DNA from: Alkalispirochaeta sp.
GTDB taxonomy: Bacteria > Spirochaetota > Spirochaetia > DSM-27196 > Alkalispirochaetaceae
Length of the DNA stretch: 64,000 nucleotides
Assembly (NCBI GenBank): GCA_965242725.1
Contig: CBDESZ010000018.1
Coordinates: 32,001-96,000 of the forward strand
Reading direction: 5' to 3'
The translations under genes were made by a program, and so were the position numbers. Shown here one piece after another: positions 9,283 through 16,841 of this stretch. Below the pieces are notes generated by a model. The model saw only the letters and a list, made by a program, of their open reading frames with translations, searched no databases and had not been told where the DNA came from. Numbering within the stretch: the first letter of the stretch is position 1; the number at the start of each line of letters is the position of its first letter.

Positions 9283-9585
9283 ATGAAAAACGAGTTAATT
9301 GAACTTTCTACACCGGGGGAGGTGTTGAAAGAGGAGTTTCTAGACCCGATGGAAATAACGCCTTATGCGCTTGCCAAGGCTATATTTGTCGATCCTCCCA
9401 GGATTGATGCGATTATCAAGGGGAGGAGAAGAATCACTGCAGATACGGCGATGAGGCTGTCCAGATTTTTCGGAACTACTCCCGGATTCTGGATGAACAT
9501 GCAGAGCCGTTACGATATCGAGTTACTCCAGGAAGAGAAAGAAGAGGAGTACGCGGAAATCACCAGACATCACGTTGCGTCGTGA
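9283..9585 (+). CDS. higA: HigA-family addiction-module antitoxin (XRE HTH)
   Basis: TPGEVLKEEFL, ITADTAMRLSRFFGTTPGFWMNMQSRYD. Confidence 0.9.
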   Translation: MKNELIELSTPGEVLKEEFLDPMEITPYALAKAIFVDPPRIDAIIKGRRRITADTAMRLSRFFGTTPGFWMNMQSRYDIELLQEEKEEEYAEITRHHVAS

Positions 9586-9610
9586 CCGCGGAGTATTGCG
9601 ATCATTTCAA

Positions 9611-9757
9611 TATAGAGCGGGCAGGACTCGCCCTCTGGTCGGCCACATCGTGTGGCCTCCCGCCGGGCCGCCTTCGGGGCTCTCGGCACATCCTGTGCCT
9701 CGGCGCTCCAGGTATTCGCGCACGCCCCTGCGTTTCGAGTCCTGCTTCCACTTCCAT
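9611..9757 (-). repeat. tRNA-linked structured element: inverted and direct degenerate copies of the tRNA-fMet 3' end enclosing small hairpins
   Basis: Direct copy 9611-9630 (17/20 identical to 9797-9816), inverted copy 9733-9749, internal hairpins 9641-9657 and 9685-9699. Confidence 0.75.
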
Positions 9758-9797
9758 AAAAAAAAGACCGTAGCCCAAAAGGACTACGGTCTTTTTT
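9758..9797 (-). terminator. Intrinsic (bidirectional) terminator after tRNA-fMet
   Basis: A8-GACCGTAG..CTACGGTC-T6 hairpin. Confidence 0.85.
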
Positions 9798-9798
9798 A

Positions 9799-9871
9799 TA
9801 GCAGGGGCAGGACTCGAACCTGCGACCTCCGGGTTATGAGCCCGACGAGCTGCCAACTGCTCTACCCTGCG
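9799..9871 (-). tRNA. tRNA-fMet (initiator, CAT)
   Basis: Cloverleaf; CTCATAA loop; C1 unpaired with U72; three consecutive G-C pairs in the anticodon stem; GGTTCGAGTCC T-arm; CCA not encoded. Confidence 0.95.
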
Positions 9872-9887
9872 TCGTATGTAGGGGAAA

Positions 9888-10478
9888 TTACCAAATAACG
9901 CGGATTGAGTCAAGGGCGGTGAGGGCGAGATTGTAGGCGCTGTGCACGATTACGGCGAGGGTGAGGCGGGGGATGATGTTGGGATGGGAGCGGCCGCCGA
10001 AGGCGGCCGCGGCCTTTCCGGGATGGATGCGGGGAAGGGTGTAATAGACCGTTGTTGCAGTATGGAGGAGGCCCGCGGTGATGACCCGGACGATGAATGC
10101 CGCGGGAGAGAGGAAGAGGTAGAGCAGGTGTTCCGCCCCGGCAAATCCCCAGCCCCGCAGTGCGGCAGAGGCGATGAGGGTGGGCCGGTTTCTGCGGCTT
10201 TCAGTGGTGCTTCGGCGCAGCGTTGCGGTTGCGGTCGCTTTGGTTATCTCTTCGGCTATGACGACGGTGACGAGCCATGATATGCGCTGGAGGCTGTCGG
10301 TGGGTCTGATGGAGAAGATGCGGCGGGTCAGAAGGAGCAGTGCAAGAAGAACGGCGGCGGCGAGAAATCCCGCGGCCAGGTTGCGCAGGCGGCCGTCTCC
10401 CGGACGTGGAACGATGACGACGAAAACGGCGGTCGTAAGTGCGAGAATGGCGATGTTGACGGCGCCGTTACCCGCCAC
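9888..10478 (-). CDS. PrsW-like intramembrane glutamic protease family protein
   Basis: EEITK, GFAGAE, LLH and VHSAYN motifs; GTG start with AGGAG RBS. Confidence 0.65.
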   Translation of the reverse strand: MAGNGAVNIAILALTTAVFVVIVPRPGDGRLRNLAAGFLAAAVLLALLLLTRRIFSIRPTDSLQRISWLVTVVIAEEITKATATATLRRSTTESRRNRPTLIASAALRGWGFAGAEHLLYLFLSPAAFIVRVITAGLLHTATTVYYTLPRIHPGKAAAAFGGRSHPNIIPRLTLAVIVHSAYNLALTALDSIRVIW

Positions 10479-11550
10479 GGCGACTCCTGTCGGCCATGGC
10501 GTGCAGTCCCTTTTCAAGGACATCAATCTGATCGTCCGTACCGACGGTGATGCGTATGTGGCGGGGGAGGCCGAAGCTGTTGAGGGGACGGACGGTGGTT
10601 CCCTCCGCGGCGATGATCTCAGCCGCTTCTCTGGCGTCCATGCCGGCATCGATGCACATGAAGTTTGCTTCCGTCTGGAGATACGGGATTTCAAGGCCGG
10701 TTAGAATACGGTCCAGTCGTGCCTTGCCGGCGTTGTTGACCTCTCTCGACCGTTGAACGAAGGCGCGGTCGTCGAGGGCGGCGATGGCCGCGGCCTTGGC
10801 GAGGCCGTTGATGTTGAAGGGGAGGCGGACGCGCTCTATTTCCGCGATCCGTTCCGGCGAGGCGAGACCGTACCCGACACGTGCGGCGGCGAGTCCGTAG
10901 ATCTTGGAGAAGGTGTAAAGGGCGATCAGGTTTGGGTAGTTTCCTATGAGCGAGGCAGCGTCGGCCACCTCAGGCGAGGTGGCGTAGTCCTGGTAGGCGT
11001 GATCTATGACGACCAGCGTCTCCCGGTCGATGCCCTCCAGAAGTTCCTCGAGCTCTGCCTGAGTCCAGGCGAGCCCCGTCGGATTGTTGGGTGTGCAGAT
11101 GAAGACCGCCTTGACCGGCGAGGCGGATTGAGCCGCGCTCTCGAGGATGGCGCGGGGTGTAAGCGTCAGCTTCGGCATGGAAATAAATTGAATTGACGCA
11201 TCAAAGAGGCGCGCGGAGAAGGCGTACTGGGAGAAGGTGTGTGCGCCGATGAGGACGCGATCCCCCGGGTCAAGATACGTGCCGGCGATCATCGTGAGGA
11301 CTTCGTCGGAGCCGTTACCGGGAATGACCATATCCGGTGAGACGCCCCGGGAACGGGCGATGGCGGCGCGGAGGTCCGCGACGGAGCCGTCGGGATAGAT
11401 GTGCATGTCGTCGATCGCCGCGCGGATTGCGTCCTGTGCCCTGGGGCTTGGACCGAGGGGATTTTCATTGGATGCGAGCTTGATGACGCCGGGGCGTCGT
11501 TCTCCGGCGACGTAGGGCGGCATGTTCTTGAGGGTCTCACGGGTTTGCAT
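10468..11550 (-). CDS. hisC: Histidinol-phosphate aminotransferase
   Basis: KLASNENPLGPSP, GNGSDE, PNNPTG, TFSKIYGLAAARVGY. Confidence 0.92.
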   Translation of the reverse strand: MQTRETLKNMPPYVAGERRPGVIKLASNENPLGPSPRAQDAIRAAIDDMHIYPDGSVADLRAAIARSRGVSPDMVIPGNGSDEVLTMIAGTYLDPGDRVLIGAHTFSQYAFSARLFDASIQFISMPKLTLTPRAILESAAQSASPVKAVFICTPNNPTGLAWTQAELEELLEGIDRETLVVIDHAYQDYATSPEVADAASLIGNYPNLIALYTFSKIYGLAAARVGYGLASPERIAEIERVRLPFNINGLAKAAAIAALDDRAFVQRSREVNNAGKARLDRILTGLEIPYLQTEANFMCIDAGMDAREAAEIIAAEGTTVRPLNSFGLPRHIRITVGTDDQIDVLEKGLHAMADRSRRGG

Positions 11551-11602
11551 GGACCTATAGTATGGAAGTGACAGAGTGAGGACAAGCGTCTACACTTAGG
11601 CC

Positions 11603-12331
11603 ATGTTTGTCATGACCGAAATTTTTGGATACGCCGCGTCCTTTTTCGTGGCGATTTCCCTTTTGATGAGTTCCTTTTTATGGCTGCGGGTGCTCAATCT
11701 CATCGGGGCCGTCTCCTTTGTCGTCTACGGGAGCCTTCTGGGGACGATTCCCGTGGTGATCACCAACGCCTTTATCGTCTGCATCAACATTTACTACCTG
11801 GTGCAGATGTTCAGGCCTGATTTGAATGGTGTGAGCTATGTCCCCATCGATCGGGCGCGACGGCAGCAGCTTGACGATTTTATCGCCTTTTATCTCGATG
11901 ACATTCTGAAGTTTTTTCCCGACTTTTCGACCCGACGTATCGACGAGTGTTTTTCTTCAGGCGGCCGCGCCTATCTGGCGCTGAAGGATCTGCGGGTTGT
12001 GGGTTTTGCCCTGGTTCATCCCGTTCCCCGTCCCGACGAGGGGGAGCAGGCGGCGCTGGCCGAGGTGTACCGGCACATCGGGGACGAGCTCTTCCCGGAC
12101 CGGTCGGCGGTTGTCTCGGTGGACTACATCATCAGGAAGTACCGCGGGCTGGGTCTGGCCCACCGCCTTTACGATACGATCGAAAAGGAGGAGGGCGAGG
12201 GAGTTTCTTTCCTGCTCGCACCGGTTGAAAAGAAGGCGAAGCAGCACCGGCGCTTTCTCGTCCGCCACGGCTTTTCCCTTCAGCGGGAGTTTACCGGGTA
12301 CGATCTGTACGGGAAGGGGATCGGGACGTAG
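11603..12331 (+). CDS. YgjV-like small membrane domain fused to a GNAT-like domain
   Basis: GYAAS..VAISLLM...LRVLNLIGA..F..YG N-terminus; DYIIRKYRGLGLA acetyl-CoA-binding-like motif. Confidence 0.65.
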   Translation: MFVMTEIFGYAASFFVAISLLMSSFLWLRVLNLIGAVSFVVYGSLLGTIPVVITNAFIVCINIYYLVQMFRPDLNGVSYVPIDRARRQQLDDFIAFYLDDILKFFPDFSTRRIDECFSSGGRAYLALKDLRVVGFALVHPVPRPDEGEQAALAEVYRHIGDELFPDRSAVVSVDYIIRKYRGLGLAHRLYDTIEKEEGEGVSFLLAPVEKKAKQHRRFLVRHGFSLQREFTGYDLYGKGIGT

Positions 12332-12379
12332 GGCGCCGCAGCGGGCGGGACCTCGGAGCGCGAGGCGCCGCCGCTGTAC

Positions 12380-12646
12380 CTACTTCTCCTCTTCAGCCGG
12401 GTTTTGCTCTTTCGCCGGTTTGGATGAGGGCAGTTCCGGGGGATTTTCCTTTAAATATTGATGGTCTTCGCTCAAGTCCTCAATGAGGTCTTTTACCTTC
12501 ATTTTCAGGGAATTTTCAGTCGTTTTTGCAAAGATCGTATCTTTTGATTTGTCCAGCGTCTTTTTGACCGCCCGCATGACCAGATCGATTTCCGCATTAT
12601 CCATGCCGTGCATGATGATTACTCTGTTGTCCATGGGAGTGAACAT
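12380..12646 (-). CDS. DUF3783-like small protein
   Basis: VIIMHGM...IFAKTTENSLKMKVKDLIEDLSEDH. Confidence 0.65.
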   Translation of the reverse strand: MFTPMDNRVIIMHGMDNAEIDLVMRAVKKTLDKSKDTIFAKTTENSLKMKVKDLIEDLSEDHQYLKENPPELPSSKPAKEQNPAEEEK

Positions 12647-12720
12647 ACTATCCCGCCTGCGGAGGGGCAAGGCGGTCGGCAGGTCTATACGTGCTTCTCG
12701 CGCGGCGGAAGGATCGGCAG

Positions 12721-12762
12721 TTGACCGCGCAGGTGGAAGTGAATATAATTAGCCTAACCTAA
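12721..12762 (+). promoter_or_regulatory. feo promoter TTGACC-N17-TATAAT overlapped by a DtxR/IdeR-type box
   Basis: -35 12721-12726, -10 12744-12749; TTAGCCTAACCTAA (12749-12762) equals the right 14 nt of the DtxR consensus TTAGGTTAGCCTAACCTAA. Confidence 0.8.
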
Positions 12763-12780
12763 CATGTTTTGGATAAAGCG

Positions 12781-15063
12781 ATGATTCACACCACCACGAC
12801 GTATCGCGAAATCTGCCTCGCCGGAAACCCCAACTCGGGCAAGACGACGCTCTTCAACAGTCTCACCGGCGCCCATCAACGGGTTGGTAACTGGCCGGGG
12901 GTCACCGTTGAGGTGGTGGAGGGCGTCTTTCGCCAGGGCGACGTGGAGACCACCGTCGTCGATCTGCCGGGAATCTACTCCCTCAAGGCGTCAAGCGAAG
13001 ACGAGCGGGTTGCCCGTGATTATCTCCTCTCCCGCCGGGAGAGCCTTGTGGTCAACATACTCGATGCCACCAATCTGGAGCGAAATCTTTACCTGACGGC
13101 CCAGCTGCTGGAGCTTGGTGTGCCGATCGTCGTCGTGATCACTATGAAGGATCTCGCGGAGAGAAGCGGCATCGATATCGATGAATCCCATCTTGCCCAT
13201 CACCTTGGCGTACCCGTCTTTTGCATCGACGCTACCGACGATGGTGACGTCAAACGGGTCCGCCGTGCCATTGCCCAGGCGGAAGAGAAGCTGCCTCCCC
13301 GCATCACCCGCATCAATTATCCCGGCGAGGTGGAGGAAGTCGTCGAGGCGTGGGAAGAACCGCTGTCCGTCCTTGCCGGGGAGATCTCCGTTTCGTCCCG
13401 GTGGCTTACCTTGAAGATGCTGGAAGGTGACGTTGACCTCGCGCGACGGGTGGATGCAAACGGCCTGCTCTCCCTCGATGACATCAATGAAACAGTCCGT
13501 CGTCTCGAAGACAACCTCAAGGAGTCCATGGATATTGTCATAGCCGATGCACGCTTCGGCTTTGTCCATGGAGTGACCCGGGACGTGGTAAAACGTCGTG
13601 CAAACCGGGAAAGCGTTACGGAACGGGTCGACAGGGTGGTTCTCCACCCCGTCCTGGGTATTCCAATTTTCATGGCGGTCATGTACTCCGTCTTCTGGGT
13701 GACCATTGCCCTTGGCGGCGCGGCGATTGATTTCTTTGATATTCTCGGCGGTCTCTTTTTTGTGGAGGGACCGCGGGCGCTGTTACAGTCGGTGCATGCA
13801 CCGTCGTGGGTGGTTCTCGTTCTGGCCGACGGGATCGGTGTCGGTCTTCAGACTGTTGCGACCTTTGTTCCGATCATTTTCGCGATGTTCTTCATGCTCT
13901 CCATTCTGGAAAACAGCGGTTATATGTCCCGGGCCGCCTTTGTCATGGACCGGGTCATGCGGTGGATCGGTTTGCCGGGAAAGTCCTTTGTTCCTCTTCT
14001 TGTCGGTTTCGGTTGTACCGTACCCGCGATCATCAGCACCCGTACCCTTGAGTCCAGGAAGGACCGGCTCATGACTGTCTTCATCGCGCCGCTCATGTCC
14101 TGCGGCGCCCGCCTGCCCGTATATGCCCTCTTTGCGGCGGCCTTTTTTCCCGCCGCGGCGGGGCTTGTCGTTTTTTCTCTCTATCTTGCCGGTATCGTCA
14201 TGGCGGTCCTAACGGGGCTTCTTCTGAAACACACACTCTTTCCCGGGGAGGCGAGCCATCTCGTTCTCGAGCTGCCGCCGTACCATCGTCCAAAGATTCG
14301 CAATACCATGATTTTCACCTGGACGCGGATGCGCGGTTTTATAAGGAACGCCGGCGTGACCATTGCCGTGGCCGTTGCGATTCTGGGTATTCTGAACTCG
14401 GTTCCCTGGCCGGGTTCGGGTTCCAGTTCCGGTTCCGGCGGCGGAGACACGATTCTCGCGCGGACCGGCAAGATCGCGACGCCGATGTTTGCCTCGATAG
14501 GCATTGAGGAAGACAACTGGCCGGCGACGGTGGGGCTCTTTACCGGTCTCTTTGCAAAAGAGGCGATTGTCGGGACTCTCAACTCCCTCTACAGCCAGGT
14601 CGACTCGGACGGTACGGAGGTTTCCGCCGTCTCCGGTGAAGAAGGACCGGTGTCGTCGCCTCTCACGCGGTGGATACGATCAATTCCGGGAGAGCTGTCC
14701 GCCGCAGGCGCTTCTCTGTGGGCAGGGCTGAAGAGCCCCGGTTTTGGTCTCAGCAGTGAACACGGCGGGACGGTCGGCGACATTCATCGTCTGCGGTCGT
14801 ACTTTTCGCCCCTTTCGGCATACGCATATCTACTCTTTGTTCTGCTTTATTTACCATGTCTCGCCGCCTTTGGCGCTGCCGTACGGGAACTGGGTCCTCG
14901 CCTCGGGTGGATCCTCGGCCTCTACCTCATCGGTGTGGCGTGGTCCGTAGCGACGCTGTTTTTTCAGATTGCCGCCGGCGGGAGTGGAGGATATATCCTT
15001 GCAGCCCTTGCGGTCATGGCCGCCATTGTGATGTTGTTTCGTCTGCTCGGGAGGCACGCATGA
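12781..15063 (+). CDS. feoB: Ferrous iron transporter B
   Basis: GNPNSGKTTLFN, VGNWPGVTVE, DLPG, GFGCTVPA, MSCGARLPVY, LYLPC. Confidence 0.95.
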   Translation: MIHTTTTYREICLAGNPNSGKTTLFNSLTGAHQRVGNWPGVTVEVVEGVFRQGDVETTVVDLPGIYSLKASSEDERVARDYLLSRRESLVVNILDATNLERNLYLTAQLLELGVPIVVVITMKDLAERSGIDIDESHLAHHLGVPVFCIDATDDGDVKRVRRAIAQAEEKLPPRITRINYPGEVEEVVEAWEEPLSVLAGEISVSSRWLTLKMLEGDVDLARRVDANGLLSLDDINETVRRLEDNLKESMDIVIADARFGFVHGVTRDVVKRRANRESVTERVDRVVLHPVLGIPIFMAVMYSVFWVTIALGGAAIDFFDILGGLFFVEGPRALLQSVHAPSWVVLVLADGIGVGLQTVATFVPIIFAMFFMLSILENSGYMSRAAFVMDRVMRWIGLPGKSFVPLLVGFGCTVPAIISTRTLESRKDRLMTVFIAPLMSCGARLPVYALFAAAFFPAAAGLVVFSLYLAGIVMAVLTGLLLKHTLFPGEASHLVLELPPYHRPKIRNTMIFTWTRMRGFIRNAGVTIAVAVAILGILNSVPWPGSGSSSGSGGGDTILARTGKIATPMFASIGIEEDNWPATVGLFTGLFAKEAIVGTLNSLYSQVDSDGTEVSAVSGEEGPVSSPLTRWIRSIPGELSAAGASLWAGLKSPGFGLSSEHGGTVGDIHRLRSYFSPLSAYAYLLFVLLYLPCLAAFGAAVRELGPRLGWILGLYLIGVAWSVATLFFQIAAGGSGGYILAALAVMAAIVMLFRLLGRHA

Positions 15064-15335
15064 TACTGCGCGAAGTAAAGGGAATCCTGGCGGCACATCG
15101 ACGTATGACCCTCTCCCAGTTGATCGCTGAAACGGGAGAGGACAAGGCGTCCATCATGGCGGCTCTTGAGTATTTTGTACGCCGCGGTGATGTCTATCGG
15201 GAACTGGAACGCACCTCCGGAGTCACCTGCGGAACGATGTGTAAAAATTGTCCCATTTCCACCGCCTGCGTCCTCGGGAAGGGCGCGATGTCAGGAATGG
15301 AAATATTTGTCTGGAAAGAAGGAGTAACGGTATGA
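15060..15335 (+). CDS. feoC: FeoC-like winged-helix protein with Cys cluster
   Basis: MILREVK..L...; C-x3-C-x2-C-x5-C; ATGA overlaps on both sides. Confidence 0.8.
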   Translation: MILREVKGILAAHRRMTLSQLIAETGEDKASIMAALEYFVRRGDVYRELERTSGVTCGTMCKNCPISTACVLGKGAMSGMEIFVWKEGVTV

Positions 15336-15874
15336 CGGAACAGTTGTCTGACAGCCTATCCCGGTACGTGATGGCCATCTATGAGTTGTCTCTCGAAAAC
15401 AAAGTGGCCCGGTCGAAGGATATTGCAGGTCTGGTGGGCGTCAGCCGCCCATCCGTAACCGGGGCGCTCCAGAAACTCGCCCAAATGGGGCTGATTCAAT
15501 ACGAGCCGTACGGATACGTAGTCCTCACTTCTGAAGGCGAGGGTCAGGCGCGGCAGCTCCTCCTGAAGCACCGGGCGACACAGGACTTCCTTGAAGTTGC
15601 CCTGGGACTGCCGGCGGAACGGGCAAAAACGGTCTCAGCCTTTATTGAACAAAGTCTCCCCGCCGACGTGCTCTGCAGGCTCGTTCAGTTCAACAATTTT
15701 TACAAAACCAATCCGGATAAACGCTTTCAGTGGTCGCCGACGTGTCGAAATCTCTGTGAAATCATGTACGGCATGCACGGTCCTCAGGATTGTCACGCCG
15801 ATGGAGACGGGAGTGAAGGCGACGAGGTCCATCACGTCACCGCGATGCGGCCGGAACTGAAAGAAGTTTTCTGA
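15332..15874 (+). CDS. DtxR/MntR-family metal-dependent regulator (degenerate ligands, Cys/His-rich tail)
   Basis: ARSKDIAGLVGVSRPSVTGALQKL...YEPYGYVVLT.EG. Confidence 0.85.
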   Translation: MTEQLSDSLSRYVMAIYELSLENKVARSKDIAGLVGVSRPSVTGALQKLAQMGLIQYEPYGYVVLTSEGEGQARQLLLKHRATQDFLEVALGLPAERAKTVSAFIEQSLPADVLCRLVQFNNFYKTNPDKRFQWSPTCRNLCEIMYGMHGPQDCHADGDGSEGDEVHHVTAMRPELKEVF

Positions 15875-16841
15875 CCGCCTTCTCCACACGTCGCTCCCAC
15901 ACAACGAGGACGGCAAGGAGAAATCGCGGGATGATGAGCCATCCCGGAGGCAGTCCGATCGCCATATAGAGGAATGTGTCCTCAAGGAGGGAATGGGAAA
16001 CGCCGAGGTGATGGTTGAGTAGATCTCCATCCTCTTTTGACAGGCGTCCGCTTTCCGCCTCTTCCTTCAGCACCGCCGCGCCGAACGTCAGGCCGAGGGT
16101 ATTTGCGACGACCCAGGCGGGACTGCTCTCATGGGAGAGGCCGAGAACGTTCATGAACCATCCAAGCCGCCGGGCGATGGCGTCGGTAACACCGATATAG
16201 CGCAGCCAGCGGGCAAAAAAGAGAAGTATCGTCACGATTACCGCAATCCGGATGACCAGCCCCGTCGTATCCCACGCCCATTGGCCGATAGCGGACAGAA
16301 ACGACTCCCCTCCCGCAGCTCCGTTGAGCGCGGCCGCCTGCGACGCGGTACCGGAGGCGCCCAGCGTGAACGGCGCGCCCCATTTTCCTCCGGTGGGGAG
16401 CAGGACGGAAAGGATCTTCCCCACCAGCAGAGCGCCCAGTAACCGTACTGCAAGCATGCGTGAGACGGGTGTGCCCGTCCGTCTGGTGATCGCCGGTTCT
16501 ATGATGAGACTGTGGGCGATCAGGGTCATGACCGCCAGGATCGTCGCCTGTCTGAGGGTGAGGCTGAGTATGGGCAGCATCGCGATAACGCCGTAGAGGT
16601 TGATAAAAATGGCCGACAGAATTGCCAGCGCCGCCTCACCCGGCAACTGGAGAAAGCGCATGATCCGCTCCAGATAGCCCGCGATCGTGTGCAGAAAACC
16701 TGTATATTCAAGGATAAAGACGACGGCTGAGGCCGGTACCATGATCTTTGCAAGCCACAGTGATGTGTCGATGCTGCTTTTCAGACTTCCTCTGAGATGT
16801 CGGGTCAGTGGTTCACGGGCGGTCACGACGGCGTCCTCCAT
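15837..16841 (-). CDS. Nucleoside-recognition (Gate) domain membrane protein
   Basis: LQLPGEAALA, HSLIIE, GLTFGAA, HSLLEDT motifs. Confidence 0.75.
   Translation of the reverse strand: MEDAVVTAREPLTRHLRGSLKSSIDTSLWLAKIMVPASAVVFILEYTGFLHTIAGYLERIMRFLQLPGEAALAILSAIFINLYGVIAMLPILSLTLRQATILAVMTLIAHSLIIEPAITRRTGTPVSRMLAVRLLGALLVGKILSVLLPTGGKWGAPFTLGASGTASQAAALNGAAGGESFLSAIGQWAWDTTGLVIRIAVIVTILLFFARWLRYIGVTDAIARRLGWFMNVLGLSHESSPAWVVANTLGLTFGAAVLKEEAESGRLSKEDGDLLNHHLGVSHSLLEDTFLYMAIGLPPGWLIIPRFLLAVLVVWERRVEKAVRKLLSVPAASR

Noticed and set aside
9575..9913. Short ORFs overlapping tRNA-fMet and its downstream element
   Set aside because: They overlap a tRNA, a terminator and structured repeats, and show no protein features
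14409..14446. GGTTCC-like hexamer repeats in feoB
   Set aside because: Encode a short in-frame Gly/Ser linker; imperfect and not a contingency locus
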